Shown: piece after piece, positions 1 through 10,502 of the stretch
How positions within the stretch are numbered: the stretch's first letter is position 1
How the letters are laid out: every line of letters starts with the position of its first letter
Assembly (NCBI GenBank): GCA_965198005.1
Contig: CBDAOI010000004.1
Location: forward strand, 2,208,001 to 2,272,000
DNA length: 64,000 bases
From: Spirochaetia bacterium
Lineage (GTDB): Bacteria > Spirochaetota > Spirochaetia > SZUA-6 > Bin103
Direction of reading: 5' to 3'
Program-made: the position numbers and the translations under genes
Notes under the pieces: generated by a model
Databases searched by the model: none
Told to the model about the DNA's origin: nothing
The model's input: only the letters and a program-made list of their open reading frames with translations

Positions 1-532
1 GCCGGACGGAGCGTTCATTGCAGTCTCGATGTACGCCCGCTGGCTGAAGTCGCATCCGAGCGCCCCGGGAGACTGGATCATATCCACCAACTCGTCCCAT
101 AGGATTATTTCCGACCTGGCAGTGTTCATCGGCCATACCGACCCGGCGACCCATCGCATCCTGGCGGCCGGCGATCTGAATATGTTCTACGGGGCCGTTG
201 GCGAGAAGCTGTCGGTTCCAGTGTGGGAGCGTACCGTATGGGAGCGGATGCAGGCACTCGGCATGGAGTTCATGGGGCCGCAACAGCCAAATGGCAGACC
301 GCCGGAGCCGGGAATCATCCCCAAGGACGTGCCGGCCGAGACCAGGAACGTGCCAACGATCTACTACAAAATGGCAAAGGGTGCCGGACCCAAGACAGCA
401 GCCAACCAGTTGGACTATGCGTTTGCGTCCCGTGGTTTTGATCGTCAGGTGTCGGTACGGGCGATGAACGGAATTGAAGAATGGGGACCGAGCGACCACT
501 GCCGGTTGATGATTACCGTTTCCGGCGGATGA
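1..532 (+). CDS. Endonuclease/exonuclease/phosphatase (EEP) family protein, 5'-partial
   Basis: GDLN, LDYAF and SDH motifs; frame is open back to the window start. Confidence 0.75.
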   Translation, partial: PDGAFIAVSMYARWLKSHPSAPGDWIISTNSSHRIISDLAVFIGHTDPATHRILAAGDLNMFYGAVGEKLSVPVWERTVWERMQALGMEFMGPQQPNGRPPEPGIIPKDVPAETRNVPTIYYKMAKGAGPKTAANQLDYAFASRGFDRQVSVRAMNGIEEWGPSDHCRLMITVSGG

Positions 533-756
533 CGGCTGCCAAGCGAGCCGCGGCAAGCCGGCCCCCCTTGGCGCGGGGCCGTTTCAAACTGACCCACTAC
601 CGGCGCGGCTAAACGCGGTGACCGTCGGGTTATCGCCGGCCGGGTGGCCGGGGTATACTGGCTGCCGCACCCAATCGCGATCGCGGCGCTCTCGGCCGCG
701 ACGGTGCGGGAGATTTCCATGTACGACTACGACTTCCCCGTACGTGACGCCGGCGG

Positions 757-3069
757 GTGACCGGTATGACGGCGCGCCGCTGGGCGCTGGTGGCGGTCCC
801 TGCCGGCGCTGCCGTGCTGGTGCTGGCGGCGATTCTCTGGCGGCCGGCGGCCGGCGCGGGGCCGGCGGACGCGCCGGCGGACCTGGCGCGCCTGCCGGCG
901 CAGGGCGACAACGTGGTCGCCGTCGCCGTCGATCTCTCCGCCCGCGCCGGCGACGGGCTGGACGAGGCGAATCTGCGCGTCATTGCCCGCGTAGACGCAT
1001 TCTTCCGCTCGATGGAGGGGCTGCGCGGCTACTCCTCCCCGCTGCGGGCCACCGTGGTCCGGGCGTCGGAGCACGACATCGTCGTACGCCCGTTCATCCC
1101 GCCGGCGTTGCTGGAGGACTACGACGCCGCGACCGCCCAGGAGCTGCGCCGCGCCTACCCGCACTTTCCGGAGATCCATCCCTACTGGAGTGCCGACTTC
1201 CGAGCCGCGGCCTTCTACCTGGAGCTGGGATCGAGAATCGCTCCCACGACGCTGGTGGAACGGCTGGTTCGGCTGCAGCGCACCCTGGCGGAAGAGAGCG
1301 GCGCTGCCGTCCACTTCACCGGCGTGCGCCCGATCGCCGCCGTCACCGGCAGCCTGATGGTGCGCGACCTGCGCGCCCTGCTGCCGCTGGTCGTCGCCGG
1401 CGTCGTCGCCGTCTTTCTGCTCACCTTCGGCACCGCGCGCGGCGCGCTGGTGGCGCTCGCCGCCACCGCCTGCGCGGCCGCGGCCGGGGTCGCCCTGTTC
1501 GTGCTGCTGGCGGGACCGGACACGCCGCTGCTGATCCTGGCGCCGGTGCTCGCCGGCGGGCTGCTCAGCGACTACGCGCTGCACGCCGGCTATCACCTGG
1601 GATGGCGTGGCGACGGTTCTGCGCGCGCCGCCCGCGCCTACCTGGCGGTGCCGCTGGCGCTGACCGCGGCCACCACCGGCATCGGGTTTCTCAGCCTGCT
1701 GGGGCTGGGCAGCACCGCGCATCTGTTCGTGGCCGTGACCGGCGGCGCCGGCGCGCTGGCGGCGCTGGTGCTGGCGCTCTGGTGGCTGCCCCTGGCCGGC
1801 CGCCTGCGGACGCGCAGGGGACGCGCCGGTGCGCGCCACGTGACCCGCCGCCTGCGCCGCCTGCTGGTCGCCGTCCTGCTGGCGCTGGCGCGCCACCGCA
1901 CGGCAGCCGCGATCCTCCTCCTGCTACTGGCGGCGGTTGCCGCGCTGCACCTGGGCCGGCTGCAACCGGAGCCCTATCCCCTGTATCAGCTTCCCGCCGA
2001 GTCGACGATCGTGCAGGCGGAACGGATTTTCAACCGCGAGTTCGCGGGCACGGTGCCGTTCGCACTGGAGCTCGACGCCGGCGAGCCGAACGCCTTCGTG
2101 CGGCGCGGGCCGCTGGAGCAGCTCGGCGCCGTCCATCGGCTGCTCGCCACGGTGCCCGCGGTGGGCCATCAGCAGTCGTTGCTGTCCGTGGTGGAGCGTA
2201 TTCACCGGTACTTCAATACCGGCGGCACTACCGGGGACGCGACGGTGCGGGGCCTGCCGGAGACGCGGGATCCGGACCTGTTCGAACGCATCATCGCCCA
2301 GTACCTGCTGTTCTTCTCCGCCTCGGCCAGTCCCGCGGCCTACGCGGCGCTGGTCGACGATCGGCTCGGCGTGGTGCGCCTGCACGGCATCCTCCGCTAC
2401 GATGATCATGCGACACTGCTCAGCCTGCAGCGCGTCGTGGACACTCTGCGGGACGAGGTGCCGGCCGGCTGGCGGATTCGGCTCACCGGACCGGCGCAGG
2501 AGCTGTTGGAGCACGCTGAACGGCTGCGGCGCAACTGGCTGCGGGCGGTGGTCGCCGGCGGGCTGCTGATCTTCGGCACCGTGCTCGCGGCGTTCCGAAG
2601 CCTCCGGCTGGCCGTGCTCAGCCTGGTTCCGGCGGGCGTGGTCCTGCTGGCCGTTACCGCACTCGCGCCGCGGTTCGGCGTGCGCATCGACGACTACACC
2701 GTGATCGCCCTCGCCATCACCGTGGGACTGACCGTGGATTATACGATCCACGTGATCAACGCCCTGCGGCACGCACCCGCCGCGTCCCTGATCCGGCGGG
2801 CGCACGCCGTGGTGCGCGGCTGCGGGGTGCCGACGTGCATGAGCTTCCTGACCTCGGTGGCGGCGTTCCTCAGCTTGGCGGTCTCGTCGTTCGCCGGCGC
2901 CGTCCACTTCGGCGTGATGATCGCCACCGCGATCGCGGGCGCCCTGGTGCTGAGCCTGTTCATCGCCGCCTGGGAGCTGGCGCGCGATCAGCCCGACCGG
3001 CCCGACCGGCGCCGGCAGTTGCCGAATGCTCGCCGGGGCTGCTACACTGCGGAGGAGGATCGTACGTGA
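757..3069 (+). CDS. MMPL/RND-family exporter
   Basis: 770 aa; two repeats of soluble loop plus TM cluster, GLxxDY motifs. Confidence 0.85.
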   Translation: MTGMTARRWALVAVPAGAAVLVLAAILWRPAAGAGPADAPADLARLPAQGDNVVAVAVDLSARAGDGLDEANLRVIARVDAFFRSMEGLRGYSSPLRATVVRASEHDIVVRPFIPPALLEDYDAATAQELRRAYPHFPEIHPYWSADFRAAAFYLELGSRIAPTTLVERLVRLQRTLAEESGAAVHFTGVRPIAAVTGSLMVRDLRALLPLVVAGVVAVFLLTFGTARGALVALAATACAAAAGVALFVLLAGPDTPLLILAPVLAGGLLSDYALHAGYHLGWRGDGSARAARAYLAVPLALTAATTGIGFLSLLGLGSTAHLFVAVTGGAGALAALVLALWWLPLAGRLRTRRGRAGARHVTRRLRRLLVAVLLALARHRTAAAILLLLLAAVAALHLGRLQPEPYPLYQLPAESTIVQAERIFNREFAGTVPFALELDAGEPNAFVRRGPLEQLGAVHRLLATVPAVGHQQSLLSVVERIHRYFNTGGTTGDATVRGLPETRDPDLFERIIAQYLLFFSASASPAAYAALVDDRLGVVRLHGILRYDDHATLLSLQRVVDTLRDEVPAGWRIRLTGPAQELLEHAERLRRNWLRAVVAGGLLIFGTVLAAFRSLRLAVLSLVPAGVVLLAVTALAPRFGVRIDDYTVIALAITVGLTVDYTIHVINALRHAPAASLIRRAHAVVRGCGVPTCMSFLTSVAAFLSLAVSSFAGAVHFGVMIATAIAGALVLSLFIAAWELARDQPDRPDRRRQLPNARRGCYTAEEDRT

Positions 3070-4001
3070 TGGCCGACCACAATGGACAACGGGAACCGGC
3101 AACGCCACAGGTCCATCAGGCTACGTTGGCATGCTGGATCGGCGGCGCCATCTCGGGCGTCCGGCGCCGAGCCTGTTCATCGGCGCCGTCGGAGCGCGTG
3201 ACTCGAGGCAGCATGCTCGTCGTGGCGCTGTTCACGATGGCCGTTTGGGTGCTGGCGCCACCGGCCTCGGCCCAGACCCGGGACCCGGACGTGGAGCGGA
3301 TCGTCGCCCGCGCCGATGCCCTCATCCAGCCCGCCAATCTGAGCGGCGCCTTGACCATGACCCTCACCGCTCCCGGCGGCGACCGGCGCGTGATCGAGGC
3401 CGTCGCCTACCAGAAAGAGCGCGCGGCCGGGCGCGAAGATCGGCTGTTCGTGTTCACCCATCCCCCCAACGTACGCGACACGGCGCTGCTGGTGCACTCC
3501 AACCTGGAGCAGGGGGCGGACGCGATGTGGATCTACCTGCCGGCGCTGGACCGCGTCAAACGGGTCGATCTGGGCGCGGCCGGCGGCGGCCACTTCATGG
3601 GCAGCGACTTCACGTTCCGCGATCTGGTGAGCCGCGACGAGGCGGAGTACGTCCACGCGCTGCTTCCCGAGACCCGGGACAGCGCCGACTTGTACGTAGT
3701 TGAAGTGCGCGGGCGCACCTCCGAGCTGCAGCGCGAGTTCGGCTACTCGCGCGAGGAGCACTTCATCCGCAAGGACAACTTCATGCGGGAACGGGTGGTG
3801 TTCTACGACCTGGCGGGCGACAAGCTGAAGGAGATGACGGTGCACGCGGTGCACGAGGCCGACGGCTTTGCGTTCCCGTCGCAGGTGCGCATGCGCAACG
3901 TCCAGACCGGGCACGTGTCGGAGATCGTGTTCGACGGGCTGTCGTTCTCGGACGAGATCCCCGACCGCACCTTCACCCAGCGCTACCTGCGGCAGAGGTA
4001 G
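3069..4001 (+). CDS. Outer-membrane lipoprotein-sorting (LolA-like) protein
   Basis: MWIYLPAL..VKR and FMGSDF motifs; start uncertain (3069 or ~3213). Confidence 0.8.
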   Translation: MADHNGQREPATPQVHQATLACWIGGAISGVRRRACSSAPSERVTRGSMLVVALFTMAVWVLAPPASAQTRDPDVERIVARADALIQPANLSGALTMTLTAPGGDRRVIEAVAYQKERAAGREDRLFVFTHPPNVRDTALLVHSNLEQGADAMWIYLPALDRVKRVDLGAAGGGHFMGSDFTFRDLVSRDEAEYVHALLPETRDSADLYVVEVRGRTSELQREFGYSREEHFIRKDNFMRERVVFYDLAGDKLKEMTVHAVHEADGFAFPSQVRMRNVQTGHVSEIVFDGLSFSDEIPDRTFTQRYLRQR

Positions 4002-4007
4002 GTCGAA

Positions 4008-5425
4008 GGTGCTCCGAGCAAAACGGATCGCCGCGACGGTGGCGTTGGCGGTGGCGGTGCTGGCCGCCGCCGGGGCCGACGACGGCGTCGACTTCGACGC
4101 GACCGGATTCGTGCAGCTCGACCACTACGGGCTGGTGGCGCCGGACTGGTTCTACACCAACCAGCGGGTACGGCTCACTGCGGTGACGCAGCTCGAAGCC
4201 GCCGGCGCTACCGGCGACCAGGCGGCGTTCGTGGAGCTGGTGGGATTCGTCCAGCATGGCGTCGACGGGTTCGAGTGGGCGCCCGGCGGGGTGACGCTGA
4301 CGGATCTCGACAACTTCGTCCGGCAGGCGTACGCCGCGTTCCGGTTCGACGCCTTCGATCTCGACCTCGGCAAGAAGTTCGTACGGTGGGGCAAGGTGGA
4401 CCTGCTGAGCCCGCTCGACGTGGTCAACCACGGCAACACCGACCTGCTCGCCCTGGACGACGTGCTCGACGGTGCGCGCGCCGATCCGCTGGTGCACGTG
4501 ACCGCTTATCCGAACGACACGTTGAGCCTCGAGCTGGTGTACGTGCCGTTCCTGGCGCCCGACCTGGTGGCGATCGAAGAACTGGAAATCGACGTGCAGT
4601 TCTCGATCCTTGGCAAGACGTTCGACGTAGATGTCCGGTTCCTCAATCCGGCGGTGACGCCGTTCTCGGAGTGGGCGCACTCGGTGCACGCGGCGCTCTC
4701 CTACACCACGTTCGCCGCCGACCTCCAACTGAGCTACTCGTACTTCCGCGACCAGCTTCTCGACTTCGACCTGAGCGGCCTGGAGGAACGGCGCTCCGAG
4801 GGCGGGAAGCGCCACGACATCAGCGGCGTCGTGACCCCGGCCTACCGGCCGCGCGCACAACTTCGGACTCGGCGCCAGCCTCGCCTGGGGCGGCTGGGTG
4901 GTGTCCGCCGACGCCGGCTTCAAGTTCAGCGCCGACAACCTGTCCGGCTCCCGCATCGACATCAAGAATCCCGAACTGCTCACGGTCGTCCAGGCGGACC
5001 GCGCGTTCGCCATCGGCTCGCAGACGATCAACCTGCTGGCGGGTGTGTTCCACCGGCAGGTGCTGCACGACACGTCGGCGTGGCAGTCGGACTACAGCCC
5101 CTTTCTCGAAGCCTACGTCGGCACGCTGGCCGACCGGCACCTGCTACAGGACCGGCCGCACACCTGGTATCTCGTGGGCCGGCTGCACACCACCTTCCTG
5201 CGCGAGCGCCTCGGGGTCGAAGCGCTCGGCGTCTGGGGGATCACCGAACAGGCGGTCCACCTCGCCCCGCGCATCAGCTACGCCGTCAGCGACACGCTGT
5301 CGGTGGCCGCCGGCGCCAACCTCTGGTGGCTGCTCGACGACCCCCCCGACAGCAACGAGACCGGCCTGCTCCGGCGGGACGACGCCAAGGACAACGTGTT
5401 CGTACGCACCACGCTGCACTTCTGA
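4008..5425 (+). CDS. Putative outer-membrane beta-barrel (DUF1302-like), +1 frameshift near 4846
   Basis: Signal peptide, GKKFVRWGKVD..SPLDVVN, C-terminal Phe; continues in ORF 4898-5425. Confidence 0.6.
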
Positions 5426-5452
5426 CGCCGCCCGCGCCGGAAGCTCGACTCG

Positions 5453-5992
5453 CTAGCTGGAGGCCGGCGTCGCGTCCACCGTCAACGTGAACTCGAGTGC
5501 CATTATCACCAGCGTCAAGGTACGGGCCGTCATGGTCTCAGTAGCCTCTACCGGGGCCGTCCACATTCCGTTCAACGGCGCGGTCGGGTCCATCTCAGCT
5601 GATCTGGCTGCCGTCACCATTCCTTCGGGCACCATCAGCGTCTCCAGCAAAACGCCCGCCACCGTGATCATGGTCATATCCGTCGAAAGTGTGTAAGTGA
5701 AGTCGTGCGTATCACCACCAAGTAGCGCCAGTGCTCCGGCCCGCGCCTCTGCTCCCAATTCCTCACCGTCGTGCGTGATGCCGGCAATGGTCACGGCAAT
5801 AGTCCCCATCAACGGGTTCATAGGATCGGGGTCAGGCATCAAGCTACCCGTGAACACCTGAACGATCGGCGCCGCAGGCATTTCGTCCGGCTCCATCTCG
5901 TCCTTGTCCATCCCGCCCGGGCCATTCCCACAGCCAACCAGCATCATCACCGCCGCGACCGTCGCGGCTCCCACTAACGAAACGATCCTCAT
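5453..5992 (-). CDS. Hypothetical lipoprotein
   Basis: Lipobox LVGC after a hydrophobic N-terminus; GGAGG upstream. Confidence 0.6.
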   Translation of the reverse strand: MRIVSLVGAATVAAVMMLVGCGNGPGGMDKDEMEPDEMPAAPIVQVFTGSLMPDPDPMNPLMGTIAVTIAGITHDGEELGAEARAGALALLGGDTHDFTYTLSTDMTMITVAGVLLETLMVPEGMVTAARSAEMDPTAPLNGMWTAPVEATETMTARTLTLVIMALEFTLTVDATPASS

Positions 5993-6140
5993 CGATCTCC
6001 TCCCATCGCGGATTGTTTCCGCGCTTCATCAACGTACCATACCATTATATCGCGCGACCGTCAACCGTACGCCAAGAGGTCCAGGAGGTCCGGAAGGATG
6101 AAACTGCCGCCGGCCGATCCGGCGCGTGCCGCTGGCGCGC

Positions 6141-7390
6141 CTACAGCGCCGTGAGGGCGGCCCCGGCGGCGGCGCCGATCAGCACTACCAGCCAGGGCGG
6201 GAACTTCCACGAGGCCAGCAGGCCGAACGCGGCGAGGCCCAGGGCGGCGTCGGCCGGCGTGCGAATGGCGGTGGTCCACACGGGGTCGTACAGCGCGGCC
6301 AGCAGCAGGCCGACCACCGCGGCGTTGATGCCGGCCACGGCCGCCCGGAAGCGGACCAGCGCGCGCAGCCGGTTCCAGAACGGGAGGATCCCGATCACCA
6401 GCAGGAACGAGGGCAGGTAGATCGCGCCCAGCGCCAGCAGGCCGCCGCGCCAGCCGCCCGCCGGCCCCTCCATCACCGTCCCCAGGTAGGCCGAGAACGT
6501 GAACAGCGGTCCCGGGAGCGCCTGCGCCAGACCGTAGCCGGCGATGAACCGGTCGCGGGTGACCCAGCCGGCCGGCACCACCTCCGCCTGCAGCAGGGGC
6601 AGCACCACGTGGCCGCCGCCGAACACCAGCGCCCCCGACCGGTAGAACGCGTCCACCACGGCCACCCAGTCGCCGGCCGCGAGCCGGCGGACCACCGGCA
6701 GGCCGGCCAGCAGGAGCAGGAACAGCGCCAGGCAACCGAGCGCGAGCCCGGCGCCGCGTACGTCCGGCCGCCTGCCGGCAGACGCGGGAGTCGGAGGCTT
6801 GAGCGGCGGAGGCCGCCGCCGGCTCCCCCTTCAGCAGCACCCAGCCGATCCCGCCGGCGAGGACGATCGCCGCCATCTGCGCCAGCGGCGTGCGCCACAG
6901 CAGCAGCCCCACCGCGGCCAGCAGGGCGAGTGTGGCGCGCGGCCGGTCCGGGGTCAGGTTGCGGGCCATGCCCAGCACCGCGTACGCCACCACCGCCGCC
7001 GCCACCACCTTGAGCCCCCGCAGCCAGCCCTCGGCCAGCAGCGGGTCGAACGCGGTCACCCCGTAGCCGAACAGGATCATCGCCGCCGCCGACGGCAGCG
7101 TGAACCCGAGCCAGGCCGCCAGCCCGCCGCCGACGCCGGCGCGGGTCATGCCCACCGCGATCCCTACCTGGCTGCTGGCGGGGCCGGGCAGGAGCTGGCA
7201 CAGCGCCACCAAGTCGGCGTAGGCACCGTCGTCGAGCCAGCGGCGGCGGGTCACGTACTCGTCCCGGAAGTAGCCGAGGTGCGCCACCGGCCCGCCGAAC
7301 GACGTCAGCCCCAGCTTGAAGCCCCGCGCCTCGGTCATCAGCGTGTGCCACAGGCCGGTGACCCGGAGCGGGCTGATGCCGCGCCGCCCG
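6141..7390 (-). pseudogene. chrA: Chromate transporter copy, frameshifted, with its N-terminus replaced by an epoxide-hydrolase fragment
   Basis: Near-identical to 9211-10434; net 8-nt loss near 6795; ~7325-7390 matches ~11152-11215. Confidence 0.85.
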
Positions 7391-7437
7391 GATGCGCCCG
7401 GCGGCCGGCATTCCACTACAGCGCCAGCAGTAGCGCG

Positions 7438-8604
7438 CTAGACCAACTTCAGCGCAGCGTGCACGTCGACCAGTCCGCCAGTCGCATCCTCCCCTCGCAG
7501 AGGAGCCTTTCCAGGGTTGCTGCCAGGATGGGCGTGTCCAAAGATCACTTTTCTCGCGCTATTGGTGAGAACTTCACGGATTTCATCGGGTTTGAGTCCC
7601 GGATTCCTCTGTAGTAGTAACGCACACGCGCCAGCAAGTTGAGGCGCGGCCGCCGAGGTTCCGCTGAACACCCCCCATCCGTCGTTGGGTTGCGTACCGT
7701 CAACTATCGCCCGCGCGGAGTCGATCTCGCATCTCGCGGGAATTGGAAGGAGAACGTATGAAGCGCTATTGCTGGCTCGTCCAACAAGACCACTACAGTC
7801 GGGAATCTGACGACCAGCGTAGATTTGACTAAGAAATGCGCTCGCGTAGTCAGATGCTTCCATTCGGCCCGCAGGGTCCACAAACACACCGCCCGCAGAT
7901 ATGACCTCTGGCATCATTCCTGGAAATGCGATGTGCCCGTTCCCGGCCGCACACACGACGGTAATGCCGCTAGCTTCTGCTCCTTGTATTTCGGCCTCCA
8001 GAGCTACAGCCCAATTCGGCAACTGCGTCTTCGGCAAGCCGCTTGTGCGGTCCCTTAGGTCACCTCCAAGACTGATGGAGACAACCCGTGGGTTGTGTTG
8101 CAACGCTTCCTGAAACCCCTCCAAGAGGGTTGCACCTCGTGCTGGATCATTTTCGTTGCTGAGTTTGATGCCGACAAACTCAACGTCCGGCGCAAGTGCA
8201 AGAAGATTCGCAGATTCCCCCGTGCCGTGGCCGTTTCCATCCATGTGTATGTCGGTAGCAGTCGCAGCTATGACCGTACGCGTGTCGTAACCTCTTTCCT
8301 GGAAATACGCGTGGTCGTGTGCGAAGCCGCTGTCGATCATTGCCACGCGTACTCCTTTCCCGGTCAGTCATTCTCTGTGCGCACGATCAGCGTTCAGTAG
8401 CAAGGACACCTCAGAGATGCCGATATGGAAGTAGGAAGAGGTGAGTTGCGGTGTTAGTGGCGACGGCACCGCAGGTGAAAAACGGTGGTTCATGTAGATA
8501 TGTGGCCATTGAATATATGCGCCATCAATGACCTCGTTTAACGTCGGGTTATTCTCCCACGGGGCCAGTGGGACGCTTTCCGCGAAGGGTATGTTTCCGG
8601 CCAA
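7438..8604 (-). pseudogene. S8 subtilisin-like peptidase with an in-frame TGA at 8368-8370
   Basis: IDSG, GHGT and GTSAAAP catalytic motifs; ORFs 8368-8604 and 7438-8346 share a frame. Confidence 0.8.
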
Positions 8605-8712
8605 GGCGCCTTGCAGTTACGAGGCCAGGGCCACCCCGAGATGTCGGAAACGTAATTGCAACACTTACATCCTCTGAAGGTGTGATCGATGCTTGTCCAT
8701 CGCGAAGTATGA

Positions 8713-9123
8713 TCATGGCAACAGGTTGTCCTCCGTGTCTATTAGTTCTCTGCCGTATGTTTCGTTTAGACGAAGGTAAGGTGGCTCGACGCTGATCTGT
8801 TTCACATAGGGAGCGAATCTGTCGGGAAGCTTAAATTCGCAATCGCATGTGAAGCCGCCAGAAATCCCCATGTCTTCAGCACTCGGCGGCCGAGACGGAG
8901 TAGTTTCCGGAACGATTCTGAACAATTGTTCAAACTGGCGTAGTGCAACGCGTGCCGAGATAGTCGATCTACCGACGCCAGAAACCGTAATTCCAACGCG
9001 TTGAAGTTCAGCTCGCAATCGAGCGATTCCTTTCCCATCTGTGACTTGATCAGTCAGCAGAATGGACAAAGGTACAAGCGTGGACTCATCCGTTTTCGTC
9101 CGCTTCACGTTTAACCTCCGCAC
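8713..9123 (-). CDS. Hypothetical protein, possibly peptidase prodomain-like
   Basis: 136 aa ORF in the same lower-GC island, upstream of the S8 gene. Confidence 0.45.
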   Translation of the reverse strand: MRRLNVKRTKTDESTLVPLSILLTDQVTDGKGIARLRAELQRVGITVSGVGRSTISARVALRQFEQLFRIVPETTPSRPPSAEDMGISGGFTCDCEFKLPDRFAPYVKQISVEPPYLRLNETYGRELIDTEDNLLP

Positions 9124-9210
9124 GCTGCATACGACTCTTTGATCTCATACGTCGAGACTACTCCACTAGGGAACCTTCAACAAGGAGGTTCCTCGTGTAG
9201 TGATGGTACC

Positions 9211-10434
9211 CTACCGCGCTGTGAGCGCGGCCCCTGCCGCCGCGCCGATCAGCACCACCAGCCAGGGTGGGAACTTCCACCAGGCCAGCAGGCCGAACGC
9301 GGCTAGGCCCAGGGCGGCGTCATCCGGCGTGTGGATCGCGGAGGTCCACACCGGGTCGTACAGCGCGGCCAGCAGCAGGCCCACTACCGCGGCGTTGATG
9401 CCGGCGACGGCGGCTCGGAATCGGACCAGCGCGCGCAGCCGGTTCCAGAATGGCAGCACTCCGGTCACCAGCAGGAACGAGGGCAGATAGATGGCGCCCA
9501 GCGCCAGCAGGCCGCCGCGCCAGCCGTCCGGCGGTCCCTCCATCACCGTTCCCAGGTAGGCCGAGAAGGTGAACAGCGGTCCGGGAAGCGCCTGCGCCAG
9601 GCCGTAGCCGGCGATGAACCGGTCGCGGGTGACCCAGCCGGCCGGCACCACCTCCGCCTGCAGCAGGGGCAGCACCACGTGGCCGCCGCCGAACACCAGC
9701 GCCCCCGACCGGTAGAACGCGTCCACCACGGCCACCCAGTCGCCGGCCGCGAGCCGGCGCACCACCGGCAGGCCGGCCAGCAGGACCAGGAACAGCGCCA
9801 GGCACCCGAGCGCGAGCCCGGCGCCGCGTACGTCCGGCCGCTTACCGACAGACGCGGGAGGCACGGTGGGAGCGGCTTGAGCGGCGGCGGCCGCCGCCGG
9901 CTCCCCCTTCAGCAGCACCCAGCCGATCCCGCCGGCGAGGACGATCGCCGCCATCTGCGCCAGCGGCGTGCGCCACACCAGCAGCCCCACCGCGGCCAGC
10001 AGGGCGAGTGTGGCGCGCGGCCGGTCCGGGGTCAGGTTGCGGGCCATGCCCAGCACCGCGTACGCCACCACCGCCGCCGCCACCACCTTGAGCCCGCGCA
10101 GCCAGCCCGCGGCCAGCAGCGGGTCGAACGCGGTCACCCCGTAGCCGAGCAGGATCATCGCCGCCGCCGACGGCAGCGTGAACCCGAGCCAGGCCGCCAG
10201 CCCGCCGCCGACGCCGGCGCGGGTCATGCCCACCGCGATCCCCACCTGGCTGCTGGCGGGGCCGGGCAGGAGCTGGCACAGCGCCACCAAGTCGGCGTAG
10301 GCACCGTCGTCGAGCCAGCGGCGGCGGGTCACGTACTCGTCCCGGAAGTAGCCGAGGTGCGCCACCGGCCCGCCGAACGACGTCAGGCCCAGCTTGAACG
10401 CGACCAGCAGGACTTCAATCAGGCGGCGCGGCAT
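9211..10434 (-). CDS. chrA: Chromate efflux transporter
   Basis: SFGGPVAH, QLLPGPASSQ, FGGGHVVLP and AQALPGP motifs. Confidence 0.92.
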   Translation of the reverse strand: MPRRLIEVLLVAFKLGLTSFGGPVAHLGYFRDEYVTRRRWLDDGAYADLVALCQLLPGPASSQVGIAVGMTRAGVGGGLAAWLGFTLPSAAAMILLGYGVTAFDPLLAAGWLRGLKVVAAAVVAYAVLGMARNLTPDRPRATLALLAAVGLLVWRTPLAQMAAIVLAGGIGWVLLKGEPAAAAAAQAAPTVPPASVGKRPDVRGAGLALGCLALFLVLLAGLPVVRRLAAGDWVAVVDAFYRSGALVFGGGHVVLPLLQAEVVPAGWVTRDRFIAGYGLAQALPGPLFTFSAYLGTVMEGPPDGWRGGLLALGAIYLPSFLLVTGVLPFWNRLRALVRFRAAVAGINAAVVGLLLAALYDPVWTSAIHTPDDAALGLAAFGLLAWWKFPPWLVVLIGAAAGAALTAR

Positions 10435-10502
10435 GGGCGCGACGTGGGCGCGGCGCGGCAGTCTCGCGGCGCGGGGCGGCGCGATGCGGAACCTGGATTC
10501 CG

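Noticed and set aside
8368-8370. TGA recoding (Sec/Gly/Trp)
   Set aside because: TGA is a normal stop for many genes here, and the gene is also damaged upstream; a GGA>TGA nonsense change is simpler
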